Assembly (NCBI GenBank): GCA_043228905.1
Contig: JBHGNT010000017.1
Location: forward strand, 5,146,001-5,210,000
Direction: 5' to 3'
DNA from: Azolla caroliniana
Lineage: Eukaryota > Plantae > Polypodiophyta
DNA: 64,000 bases
Shown in pieces: positions 1 to 11,399 of this stretch (the stretch's first letter is position 1; each line of letters starts with the position of its first letter). The notes under the pieces were generated by a model. That model saw nothing but the letters and a program-made list of their open reading frames with translations. It was not told the DNA's origin and did not search any database. The translations under genes were made by a program, and so were the position numbers.

Positions 1-66
1 CCAATTCTAGTTCATGTAGATCCAGAAAAACCATTCATTATCGAAGCTGACGCATCGGATTTTGCA

Positions 67-1998
67 TTGGGGAGCATTCTGTCACAACAGGGGAATGATG
101 AAAAGCTACATCCTGTGGCTTTTCACTCACGCAAGTTTGATGCCGCCGAAATCAACTACGAAATTCATGATAAGGAGCTATTGGCAATAGTGGATTCTTT
201 TATGCAATGGAGGCATTTTCTGGAGGGATCCTCTCATCCAGTCACCGTATTTAGTGACCACAAGAATCTTGCCTACTTTCAGGATGCTCGTGTGTTGAAT
301 CGACGTCAAGCTCGGTGGGCCCACTTCCTCACGCGTTTCGACTTCAAAATTGCATTATCACGGCGTTTGTATCTAGCACCCCGTCCCGGCGAGCCAGCTT
401 TCGATAACCAAAAACAAGTCATCTTGGGACCGGCACGACTACAAGCAACACAGATCTTTGACATGCCTATGGATTCCTGCATTATCGATACCATCCGTGA
501 AGACTTGAAGACAGATGCGTTCGCCCAAGCTATACTAGCACAAATTGATCCCTCTCGAGCGTCGTGTTCACAGTCGCAACCACCAGGTACGGACTATAGG
601 CAATTCAAATACCATGATGGATTACTCTTCTTTAAAGAACTTTTGTATGTTCCTAATGGTCCTTGCCGCCTTCGAGTAGTACAAAACTGTCATGACACAT
701 ATACAACTGGGCATTTTGGTAGTACTAAAACATTACATTTAGTACAACGATCATTCTGGTGGCCCTGTATGCGACAATTTGTCGAGGATTTTGTTCGGAC
801 TTGTGATACATGTTGCAGAGTGAAAATGCCAAGGCATCATCCATATGGTTTATTAGAACCATTACCAATTCCAAACAAACCGTGGCAATCCATTGCTCTA
901 GACTTCATCACAGATCTTCCAGTCTCTAAGGGGTTCAATGCGATTCTAACGGTGGTCGATCGATATACGAAGATGGCTCATTTCTTGCCATGTACTAAGG
1001 AGATCTCCAGTGAAGACACTGCCGAAATTGTCATGCGTGAAGTATGTCGGCATCATGGACTTCCCGATAGTATCATCAGCGACCGTGGACCCCAGTTCGT
1101 GTCAAAATTCTGGAAGCACCTTTTTAACATGCTCAAGGTCACTTGTAACCTCTCCTCCGGCTACCACCCACAAACAGACGGCCAAGCTGAACGAACAAAT
1201 CAAATGCTGGAGCAGTATTTGCGGTGCTTTCTCAGCTATCATCAGGACGAATGGGCAGATATTCCCCACTTCGCCGAATTTGCCTATAACAACTCTATCC
1301 ACGCATCCACTAAAGTTACGCCATTTTATGCTTATACGGGATGTCACCCCCGGTGGAGTGTACTTGAAACCCCAGAGGTATCCACAAATCCGTGCGCGGA
1401 GGATCGTTTGGAGCGGTTACGCAAGATACAAGCGGATTTATCTACTCATCTCCAACAAGCTCAACAAACACACAAGGTCTACGCGGATCGTCATCGACTT
1501 CCATCCAGTTTTAATATTGGAGATCGGGTGTGGTTGCTACGACGACACATCAAGACTACTCGCCCATGTGAGAAATTGGATTATCGGCGATTAGGTCCTT
1601 TCCGTATTATTGGAAAGATTAATGATGTCGCTTTTCGTCTCGATCTACCTCCTCAACTTCGGATACATCCGGTGTTTCATAGTTCTCTCCTCGAACCCTA
1701 CCACGAGAGCACCATCCCAGGACGTCTTATCCAACCTCCACCCCCGATCGAGCTTGAAGATGGGCCGGAGTACGAGGTTGCCGCCATCCTTGATTCCAAG
1801 ATTGTTCGCAACAAGCTCTACTATCTAGTCGATTGGCTAGGCTATAGCCCCAACAAACGTACTTGGGAACCGATCGAGAATGTAACCAATGCTCATGCCC
1901 TTCTTGAAGACTTCCATCGTCAATATCCACACAAACCGGGTCCTCAATCCAAGACGACTCGTGACACTCGTCGTTTTAAAGGGGGGATAGTGTCATGA
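67..1998 (+). CDS. pol: Gypsy pol C-terminal part (RNase H, integrase, chromodomain), 5' truncated by the window, with an in-frame 12-codon deletion
   Basis: Nearly identical to ORF 60946-63915 but lacks TYRPGKHQGKAD after FDFKI. The stop codon lies inside the LTR. Confidence 0.9.
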   Translation: MGSILSQQGNDEKLHPVAFHSRKFDAAEINYEIHDKELLAIVDSFMQWRHFLEGSSHPVTVFSDHKNLAYFQDARVLNRRQARWAHFLTRFDFKIALSRRLYLAPRPGEPAFDNQKQVILGPARLQATQIFDMPMDSCIIDTIREDLKTDAFAQAILAQIDPSRASCSQSQPPGTDYRQFKYHDGLLFFKELLYVPNGPCRLRVVQNCHDTYTTGHFGSTKTLHLVQRSFWWPCMRQFVEDFVRTCDTCCRVKMPRHHPYGLLEPLPIPNKPWQSIALDFITDLPVSKGFNAILTVVDRYTKMAHFLPCTKEISSEDTAEIVMREVCRHHGLPDSIISDRGPQFVSKFWKHLFNMLKVTCNLSSGYHPQTDGQAERTNQMLEQYLRCFLSYHQDEWADIPHFAEFAYNNSIHASTKVTPFYAYTGCHPRWSVLETPEVSTNPCAEDRLERLRKIQADLSTHLQQAQQTHKVYADRHRLPSSFNIGDRVWLLRRHIKTTRPCEKLDYRRLGPFRIIGKINDVAFRLDLPPQLRIHPVFHSSLLEPYHESTIPGRLIQPPPPIELEDGPEYEVAAILDSKIVRNKLYYLVDWLGYSPNKRTWEPIENVTNAHALLEDFHRQYPHKPGPQSKTTRDTRRFKGGIVS

Positions 1999-2428
1999 TA
2001 TGGCAAGACTCGAACCCATGGCCTTAGGTTATATGTGTCGAGCTCTTGACCATTACACCATCTATTGTAATACGTAGGATATTATTTTCATTTACATTTT
2101 ATTATAGGAAATTAGTGTATATTCCAGATTTCTCTGGAACATTCTAGAAGCTTCAGGATTACTCCTGAAAACACTATAAAAGAGGGCACTAGGCATTATG
2201 TTGAACCAAATTGGTTCAACGCCAGTCTTAAGCCTTTTAGCCACCATTGTATATTCTCTTCATATAATACATATCTTTCTTATCATCACACACACACACA
2301 CACTCTCTCTCTCTCTTTCTCTCTGTCTCGCTCACTTCTTCCTTCTCTCGAAGAAGTTCCACACCTCTCATAGTACTAATCCTTCGTTTAGTACTAATTC
2401 CTTCTCTGTCTCAGTACTGTTCATGACA
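1991..2428 (+). repeat. Chromovirus 3' LTR
   Basis: TG...CA ends with 8-bp terminal inverted repeat, TATA (ctataaaa), CA/CT microsatellite. Homologous to 9655-10049, 14246-14693 and 60485-60953. Confidence 0.93.
2006..2060 (-). promoter_or_regulatory. tRNA-like Pol III internal promoter (A box + B box) in chromovirus LTR U3
   Basis: Minus strand: TGGTGTAATGG, 33 nt, GGTTCGAGTCT. Confidence 0.65.
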
Positions 2429-3037
2429 GGGAGTAGCTTCGTTAGTGTTGAGCAAGCAAGCTCAACCGGATTCGGATCGGCTGAATAAGCTTGAGCCGTA
2501 TCGACATCCGGAAGGATGAGCCGGATCGGTATCCGGAAACAACTGGCCGGATCGGGGAGCCGGATCGGAGAGCCGGATTCGAGTGGGAACTAGAAGCCTA
2601 GTAGTAGCCTAGACTACTAGGTAATCATTGTCTTGTAGTTAGTGTCAGTCGCAGATGTGAGCATTGAAGTACCTGTCAGTCCTTTATGGACTTATATAAA
2701 TAGTGTTATTTAGCATGTTGTATGTACAGAGTTTTAGAGTTAATTTTTGAATATAGTTGAATGTTTTGCTCTCTCTGTCTCCTCTGTCTCCTTTGTGTTT
2801 TAAGCTTTTCCATTAAACCTTCATCTCATTTTCTGTTGCTATCCGGCTGAGCCGGTTCTCTCTGACGCTTCCGCACATTAACATTCACATGGTATTAGAG
2901 CGTGAGGGTTGAGAACCTCTGCAGTCCACATTTGCTTCCGTAGACGAACCTTAGAACCCGATAACAACAAATAGAGAGAAGATATGGACAGAGGAATGGT
3001 GAGTTCACTTCCAACAGAGAAGCTCAACCGAAGCAAC

Positions 3038-3811
3038 TGACGAGAACTCAACGCTCCTTATGTCCAACGCTCGGCCACAACCGAGATTCTTTTCATACAC
3101 AGAAAACGGGAAACAAATGCACGACACAAAGGAGAAGAAAAAAAAGGTAGACAGGATGTTTACGTGGAAAACCCAAACTGAGGGAAAAACCATGGCAGCC
3201 CACAGGCTGCAAACTATCACACTATTGGAATGTACAAACATTGAGTTCACGGAGGCAACGACCTCGTGCTCACGATCTTCGCCACAGGCGGCGGTTACAA
3301 CAGAGGCAACGACCTCGTTCTCTCTCTCTCCCAACCTGTACACTGTTACACGCTCTCTCTGCTTGCACCAACAAGAAAATGACAACCGCTAAGAGTTTGC
3401 CCTAAGTCATATTTATACTAATATGACTTTTCGGCTATTTACAAATATAGCCTCGATGGACTATCAGAAAACATATTTACGAATATGTCTCTTCATCCGG
3501 TTCTGCGTAGCCGGGTACTCCTCATCCGGTCTTCACCGGGTCTGCATCATCCGGCTCTCCGTAGCCGGGAACTCCTCATCCGGTCTTCACCGGGTCTGCA
3601 CAATCCGGCTCTCCGTAACCGGGTACTCCTCATCCGGTTCATACCGGGTCTGCACCATCCGGCTCTCCGTAGCCGGGTACTCCTCATCCGGTTCATACCG
3701 GGTCTACACCATCCGGCCCTCCGTAGACGGGTCCACCTCATACGGTTTCGGCCTCGGCCGATACAACACTGTTCTTCTCCCTTCTCATCCGGAGGGACCT
3801 GTCTCCCAACA
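3038..3811 (-). mobile_element. Copia solo LTR with 5-bp TSD GCAAC
   Basis: TG...CA ends, gcaac at 3033-3037 and 3812-3816. Near-identical inverted copy at 41790-42562. Confidence 0.93.
3495..3740. repeat. 54-bp CCGG-rich tandem repeat (about 4.5 units) inside the solo LTR
   Basis: Unit catccggctctccgtagccgggtactcctcatccggttcataccgggtctgcac; shows as 18-aa periodicity in the ORF track. Confidence 0.9.
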
Positions 3812-3819
3812 GCAACTAT

Positions 3820-4787
3820 GCGTCCTGGTCATATAAAATGCACCAATACCTGCTGGGGCATCGATATTGGAGCTTTGTGGAAGGAACAAATGAAGTAGCA
3901 CCGGAGCCGTCACACAAAGACTTCCCGGTATGAGGGCAAGGAGCGAGTCAGGTACTATACTGTCTCACGTCCGGTGTGCATGATCAAATGCTCAGCTTCA
4001 TCAAGGATGCAAAGACGCCGATGGAGGCCTGGGAAAATCTATGGAAGATTTTCGCCGCAAGTACCACAACTCGTAAGTTGCAGGTCTGGGAAGAGCTGAA
4101 CAACATATGGCAAAGAGACATGTCGGTTACGGACTACACCACCAAGATAAAGGAGATTTGTGACACACTCGGGTCCATCAATGTGATGGTGGACGAAGAC
4201 GAGATGGTACAAATCTGCCTCGGTGGTCTAACGCAAAGGTATGGACCAATCCGGACCGCGATCTACACCCGGGAGAAACCACCGTCCTTCTTCGACTTGC
4301 AATAGATGTTGATGGTCGAAGAAAACCACGCGAGTGGGTCAAGGACCACTCAATCGGACGGCCGGATACTATACACGGAGACAGATCGGCCCCATAGACG
4401 TGGTGGACGAGGTGGGTTGGCATGCAATGGAGGCGGCCGACAAGAGTAGGATTGGAGGCACAGAGGTTGTGCCAACAACAGTTCCGGACCCTCCACAAGT
4501 AGGGGGAGTCAAAGTGGCGCTGGGAACCGGCAAGGAAAGGCCGTCACGGAATGCTGGTACTGTGGCAAAAAGGGCCACAGGGAAAGCGAGTGCTGGAAGA
4601 AGCGCGCCGATTCGGACAAATTCGGATCTGGCAAAACCGGTCGGGAGAACTGGCAAAGCTCGCACTACGCGGAAGGATTGGAAGGATCCGGAACCGGGAA
4701 AACTGGTAAAGGGCCAGCCTTCGTGATGAAGCACAAGGCTAACTCGATGAAGAAGACTACTTCTGGATCAGAGGAAGTATGGTACAT
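3820..4787 (+). pseudogene. gag: Copia gag (disrupted), cut just before the protease active site
   Basis: AKTPMEAWENL...SVTDYTTKIKEICD...CLGGL; zinc knuckle CWYCGKKGHRESEC; ends at EVWYI where an LTR is inserted. Confidence 0.85.
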
Positions 4788-6665
4788 TGTCGTAGTGTGA
4801 ATTACACACTACGTGAAATATGTAAAACACTATATCCGATTTAGAGTACGTATAATAAAAAAATAAAAAAAATACTAAAAATATTTATTACGTACATAGG
4901 GCAAGATTCGAACCCTGTACCTCCATGTAAACAAACCCCAGCCTTACCACTATACTAGCATACTATAAATTTTAAAAGGTATACTAAACTTTATCCCATG
5001 TAAATATTCTAGATATGCATGGTACAAAAAGTTATTCATGCATACACACTCGAGTTAAAAGAAAAGATGGGATAGAAAGCTAATCATGCACATGTAGTGA
5101 GCATGAAAACTAAAGTTAGGAAAAGCATGATGCTTGCAAGTGATAAACTTAGACTCTTCCAACACTATATAAGGAAGAGAGGAAGATGTATAGGGTTGTT
5201 GATGTTTTTTTAGAAGGATTGTTTAAAACAAAATATTCGTGGGATTCACGATTTTACCATCTAGTTCTCTCTTACAATCTAATTACCCATTAATACATTA
5301 TACTCGCGGGATTCACGAGTTTCATATCTTCTTCTTACAATCTCATCCTAACTAACATTATCTCATATTCTTCTTTCTCCTAGTCCAAAACCCCAGCGGT
5401 TCCCACCCGACTCACGCAAACGATCTAGTGCCGAAAGGCACGACACAAGTGGTGAACCCGACGGGAACACGGGTGGCAAGGAGATGGAAAATCAACTGGA
5501 GGCTAACAACATGATGATGATGTTCGAGCGGATGCTTCAAGAACAACATGCGATGTCGTAGATAGCGGCAGCAGTAGATCGGCTTGTGCAACGGATCGGG
5601 CAATTCAACGGAAAGGACGTATCACGCTATCTTCGGGACTACAAGGCGGAAATGCTACGGTGTGGGATTTCGGAAGGACTGCAAGTGACATCCTTCAACT
5701 GGGTGGATACCGACAGGCTTCAAGCACTTGAAGAGGCGCTAAAGACCACGGGCTACGACAACAAAATCCGATGTAGGAAGCGTTTGAAGAGGCGCTAAAG
5801 ACCACATTCGCTATCGAGGACTCCTCTAAGGCAACACGGAGAGGATTTGAGGATAGGGTGGAAACGCCGGACAAGGGGATGAAGGTCCTCGATGTGTTTT
5901 TGGCATTCAAAAGTCGGTTCAGGAGGTTGTCTGCGAGAGATCAAGGTATCCTCGCACTGTAGAAAGTTATCATGTTCTTACGAGCTGTGAACGTTCGGGA
6001 TCAGAAAGATCTTGGAGTGCTTCTGGAGGACACGACCACCGAGAGTGGTCTCACCGATACATGGGATAACGTGTGAGATATCGTCGCACGATATACAAAG
6101 AGGGGGCAATGGCTTGCTAACGAAGAAAAGATGGTTTCGGAACCGATTCCGAAGCCGAGATCCGGTTTGGAAGACCATCAACCGCGGGCTCGGGAGACTA
6201 TGACCGAGAAGGGAATCGACGCAACCACGGTGGAGCAATTGGTGAAGGAGATAGAGAATCTAAAAATCGCGATGGTGAAGAAGACGGAAGACCATCCCAC
6301 AAGTTCCAAGTTCATGGACCGTCGATGCATATGGTGTGATAGCACCGAACATGATCGGAGAGATTCCGACGAGCACAAGGAGGCGTTACGACGGGATCGT
6401 ATCTACTACGAGGGAAATCGGATTCATTCGATGGATTCACAGAAGCCACTCCGACCAAACTTCCGAAAAGGTGGCATGAAGAAGGTCCTAGAGGAGGAGA
6501 TCATGGTGAAAGACAATTATGTGACAACCGCGGGAATACGTGTGGGGGAGTCATATGCAACAAAGGCTTCTTTTTGGCCGGAAGTGCTAGAAACTTCGAA
6601 GAAAGCCGACCATGATGAAATCCAAAGCGCCGCGGAATGTATCCGGGAAGCTATGGGATGGGTCG
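4788..6665 (+). mobile_element. Truncated tRNA-Trp-primed Gypsy: 5' LTR 4788-5445, PBS, degenerate gag
   Basis: LTR tgtcgtagtg...ggcacgaca; PBS tggtgaacccgacg at 5450. Gag (GQFNGKDVSRYL, CIWCDSTEH) is homologous to the gag of 51143-58156. Fused by deletion to Copia RT. Confidence 0.88.
4904..4957 (-). promoter_or_regulatory. tRNA-like A box + B box in LTR U3
   Basis: Minus strand: TAGTATAGTGG, 32 nt, GGTTCGAATCT; T-run about 25 nt downstream. Confidence 0.7.
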
Positions 6666-7560
6666 ATCAAGTAAAGTCTCAACTATCAGATGCATTCGGA
6701 ATGAAGGACCTGGGGGTCCTTCATTACATCCTTGGGATCGAAGTGATCCACACCCCCGATGGCATATTGCTCTCACAACAACATTATGTGCTAAATATGG
6801 TGTACAAGTTCGTCATGATGGATTGCCGACTAGTCTCAACACCCTTGGACCAGAATCCCAAGCTTCGTCACGACTCCGGACCATCCTACAATGAGACACG
6901 GTTCCGACAAATTGTCAGAAGCCTTATTTATTTAACGATCACCCGACTCGACATTGGCTATCCGGTCGGAGCGATCAATCAAATCATGCAGAAGCCAACC
7001 ATGGAGCACCTTCAGTGCGTGCACAGAATACCGAGGTATGTTAGTGGCATTAAGGACCCACGATATAACTAAAAAGCTAGTCGGGTATACGAACACCGAC
7101 TAGGTCAAGAATGCGTTGGATCGTCAATCCACTTCCAGTTATATGTTTTCTGTTGGTAGCGCGCCTGTTGCATGGAGCAGCAAGAAGTAGCCAACAGTGG
7201 CTCTTTCGAGCACTGAGGTTGAGTATTGCGGCGCTATCGTTGCGACTTGTGAAGCCATCTGGCTTCGGCGGTTGCTGCAAGACCTCCGTATTGAAGTATC
7301 GAATCCGATCCTGATCTACTGCGACAACATGAGCAACATCCAACTAGCCAAGAACTATGTGTTCCATGCTCGGACAAAGCACATAGAAGTTCACTATCAC
7401 TTTGTGCACGAGCGGGTCTTGAGCAATGAATTCAAACTCCGGTATGTTTGGACGGATCGGCAGGTTGCCGACATCGTCACCAAGGTCCTTGGAACCGACA
7501 AGGTGCAACATTTTTCGGAGATGCTTGGTCTTCAACATCTCGAAATGCCGCACTTGAGGG
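6666..7560 (+). pseudogene. pol: Copia RT C-terminus and RNase H (frameshifted)
   Basis: FGMKDLG...LGIEV...LSQQHY; ALSSTEVEY; YCDN; HARTKHIEVHYHF; QVADIVTK. Confidence 0.9.
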
Positions 7561-8529
7561 GGAGAACCGGTAACTGGTACATGAAGAACCAGAACAAAAA
7601 GTGGAAAGACAGGTAATGGCACCAGACAAGGTGCCTGAAGGAAACCGAAACAGGAGGAGACAAGAGGAAAAATGGAGGCGAGTCGATTGATGAACTTGGC
7701 ACATCCAAACAAGTCAGAACAAGCGGCGACACTGGCAGAGTCAAGAAGGACAAAGCTGACTAGAAGGAGAAGGCCAAGACCTGGAAGTGGTCCGATGTGG
7801 TAAAGGGCTTGAAGACCGAGGAAGAATTGGAGACAGCCAATTCGGACAAGAGCTGGAACGAATCGGAGGCAGCTATTCGAAAGAGGAGTTTAATTCAGAG
7901 GAGTCAAATAAACTGGGCCTTATTAGCAGACAAGCCGACCGAGAAGGTCTAGGGGCGCGGAACTGGACGGGTCGTGGGAAGCGGAACCAGACGGGAGTGT
8001 TGAGTGAGAAAGCTCAATCGAATCCAGATCAACTGAATAAGCTAGAGCCGGATCGGTATCCGAAGCGGAGAACTAGATTAGTGTCTAGATAGATCGGTAT
8101 CTGGAACCTAGAGTCGGACCGGAGAACCATATCGTACTGTGGAATAGTAAGAACCCAGTAGGCCGTTGGAGCCTATGGTCCAAGCCTAGTACGTAGGCAT
8201 ATTCCTTGGAGTTAGTGTCAGTTGCATGTATTAGCATTGAAGTACATCTGTCAGTCCTTTCAAGAACTTGTATAAAAAGTGTTTTGTAGGACAATTGTAT
8301 GTACAAAGTATTATTATTTTGAATAGAGATTTATGTTATTTTGCTCCCTCTCTGTCTCTCCCTTGTATTGTGTATTCTTAAGCTTCCATTAAACCTTCAT
8401 TTCTGTTCCCTCTCTCTCTCCCAGGTACTGTGTATTCTTAAGCTTCCATTAAACCTTCATTTCTATTTTATTGTGTTATCCGACTGAGCCGGTTTATCTA
8501 AGCTTCCACATATTAACTTTTACATAGGT

Positions 8530-9115
8530 ACTGCCATAGTTAAGAAGAATAGGTAATTAGCTACTACTAGCCTATAGTCTAGGAGCTAATTAGCTACAAT
8601 ATAACTAATTAGCTAAGTGGTAGCTAATTCGCTACTATCATACTTAAGTAGAAAAGCTAATTAGCTAATATGTAGGTAATTAGCTATTGCCAATCTATAG
8701 TCTAGCAACTAATTAGCTAAGATGTGGCTAATTAACTAAGCAATATCAAGAGTGATACCTAATTAACTACTACCATAGTTAAGAAGAATAGCTAATTAGC
8801 TAAGATGTAGCTAATTAGTTACTTTCAGCCTATAGTCTAGGAGCTAATTAGCTACAATGGAGCTAATTAGCTAAGTGGTAGCTAATTAGCTACTACCATA
8901 CTTAGGTAGAATAGCTAATTAGATAAGTGATAACTAATAAGCTACTGCTATACTTAGCTAAGATGTAGTAGTATTGAGTAGTATCAAGAGTAGTCGCTAA
9001 TTAGCTAGGATGTAGCAATATTGAGCAGTATCAAGAGTAGTCGCTAATTAGCTACCATGTTTAGTTGTCATCTAAGGTGATAGAAAAGCACAAGAGAAGC
9101 CGCTAATTAGCTGAC
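8530..9115. repeat. TAGCTAATTAGCTA palindrome array (intron of the accessory gene, copy B)
   Basis: Many degenerate copies of the 14-mer; ends just before acceptor gttgtag|aat at 9127. Confidence 0.9.
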
Positions 9116-10118
9116 ATGTTGTTGTAGAATCTTGTGGATTAAGGAGGTTGCATGAGATGTCCAATGCCGATGACGTGGCAACCGATGAGGAGATAACTAC
9201 CAATGTGGCTAAAGGTAAGAGTCCTGCTATCATATCTCCTTCAGATCAGCTCCACCCTATTCTTTTGGAAGATTGTAGTGAATTAGGCAACGTTGTGAAA
9301 AGCCATAAAATATTGGAAACAACATGTAAATCTGAGGTTCACAACAAAAGTGTTTTTGAACACTTGATGCAACAATTGTTCGAATCCCAAAACCTTGATT
9401 CAACCCCACTGAGCCCAACTGCTAATGATGTCCCACTAGATCCCACTGTACTTGAAAAGCTAGCGCAAGACGCGGCTGACGTGCAAGCCACTGCTGAGGT
9501 GATGGAAAGGTTATTGGAGGAGGACACACTTGAGCAATGGGTGAAAGAAGCAAGGCGAAATGCGCAACCGACTAAAAAAAGGTTGAAGAAGGGGCCACGA
9601 TCGGGGACAAAACCAGTTACTCGGTCAAGGGGCTCTTAAATTGTGGCTAATTACTATCATGATATGGCAAAACTCGAACCCATGACCTTATGCGGGTCGA
9701 GCTCTTGACCATTATACCATCTATTGTAATATGTAGGATATTATTTTCATTCTAGAAGTTTCAGGATTACTCCTGAGAACACTATAAAAGAAGGCACTAG
9801 GCATTATTTTGAACCAAATTGGTTCAACGCCAGTCTTAAGCCTCATAGCCATATTGTACTTACTCTTCCTATAATATATCATCTGTTATCATCATCTCTC
9901 TCTCTCTCTCGTCCTCACTATCTCTCTCTCTCTCTCTTCTCTTCTCTTTCCTCCCTCTCGGGAGTCTTACGTAGTCACGTCCTCTTAGTACTAATAATAA
10001 TTCCCTTCTCTAGTACTAATTCTCTCTTTGTTTAGTACTATGCTTGACAGTTTGAACCAATTTCTCCTCTCTAGTCTTTCTTTTGGTTTCCCTCATCCTC
10101 TTACCCTTTTTCTATACA

Positions 10119-11296
10119 ATGGCTTTTGTTAGCGCCCAAGCATACCAATCCGTTTTCTCCAAGCTACAGTGTCTAAAAGAAAAATTTGTTGCCTTGGAAC
10201 AAGAAAACCAACGGTTGTTAGGGAATCTTCAACAATTCGCCCTAGAAAAACAACAAACGCAGCAAAAACATGGGGAGTTGCAACAACAACATGGGGAGTT
10301 AGCGTTACGTGTGCAACAACTCGAAGCAGCGTTTAACAACAAGGATCAAGTCCCCACGGATTTCATCAAGAGCCCAAGATTGGACTTCTTGTGAAATTTG
10401 ATGGAACGCGATCGCAATTTAGGCGATTCCTCAATCAGGTATGCTTAGTCATTCAAATGCATCCTTCTCAATACCCCACTGAGGCATCCCGAGTCGGCCT
10501 AATAGGCACGTTGCTTAGCGGCTCAGCCTTGGCATGGTTTGCTCCACTTCTAGAAAAACAATCGCCCTTACTTAATAACTTTGAAGACTTTATTAGTGAG
10601 TTTAAAGCTTGCTTTGGATATACAGACAGCATCCGGACGACAATCTACAAAATCCGACGATTGCGTCAAGGCGATCGTCCAGCCTCTGCCTACATGGCGG
10701 ATTTCCGTCTACTCGCTTCAGATATCCCCTGAGATGATCAGGCACTAATGGAGTAGTTTCGCTACGGCCTGCGAAACGATGTCAAAGATCTACTTCTAAC
10801 CTTCCCCGAAGAACCAAAGTCTCTTACGGAGGCAATCAGTCGAGCGGTCCGATGTGACAACCGCCTTTTCGAACGGCGTTCGGAACGTCAATTACAAATA
10901 CCACGCTCTAGGCCAGAGCCCAGTTACGCCTCAGTCATGGCTAAACTATTTGCACGAGGCATACCTCAAGAAAATACTCTGACACCGATGGAGATTGACA
11001 CCATGCGTCGACGTGGCCCGTTATCGGAAGAAGAAAAGCAACGACGACGTGCAAATCGATTATGTCTTTATTGCGGTGGACTAGGGCATATCGCAATCAA
11101 TTGTCCCCATAGGCCAAGAAGACAGGTAAATCAAATCATAGCCTGTACTAAACCCGAGTCAATTCTTCCCTTAGGAGTGTTTGATAGTATTAATAGTACT
11201 AATAGAGTGTCTGATAGTATTAATAGTACTAATAGCCCAAGTATCTCAAACAAATTTGAAATCCTTAGTCAATTAGATGAAGAGTTAAACGATTGA
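10119..11296 (+). pseudogene. gag: Chromovirus gag (coiled coil, capsid, CCHC knuckle), disrupted
   Basis: KFDGTRSQF...LSGSALAWF...LRQG; PMEID; CLYCGGLGHIAINC; contains stops and a frameshift. Confidence 0.88.
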
Positions 11297-11399
11297 GTCC
11301 AACCAAATGAGGAGCCGTTTGGTTGGACAACCCTAGATCTATACAACCCATTAGTGGTTCCATTCCCTCCAAGCAAGTTAGCAATGTGTTCCTAGCCCA

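Larger units (their letters stand above)
1..2428 (+). mobile_element. Ty3/Gypsy chromovirus (Tcn1/Tf1-like), 3' part: RH-INT-chromodomain, PPT and 3' LTR
   Basis: ORF 67-1998 has RNase H (NYEIHDKELLAI), integrase HHCC/DDE (SDRGPQF, HPQTDGQAER), GPF motif and chromodomain (YEVAAILD...YLVDWLGY...TWEP). PPT aaaggggggatag precedes LTR tgtcatga...tcatgaca at 1991-2428. Confidence 0.95.
2446..8524 (+). mobile_element. Degenerate Ty1/Copia element with nested insertions; LTR left boundaries uncertain
   Basis: Diverged LTR-like repeats at about 2446-2889 and 7998-8524. PBS tggtattagagc (iMet-like) at 2890. Gag with zinc knuckle, RT/RNase H remnants, PPT-like gagggggaga near 7555. No TSD found. Confidence 0.8.

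Noticed and set aside
3423-3898. Repetitive ORFs in several frames (also 41789-42177)
   Set aside because: By-product of a stop-free 54-bp tandem repeat in an LTR.
7567-7997. env-like extra ORF between Copia RNase H and LTR
   Set aside because: Purine-rich low-complexity sequence with no sustained ORF; may simply be part of a longer U3.
8345-8465. About 60-bp tandem duplication in an LTR (also a 30-bp duplication near 11180-11236)
   Set aside because: Ordinary slippage duplications with no sign of function.
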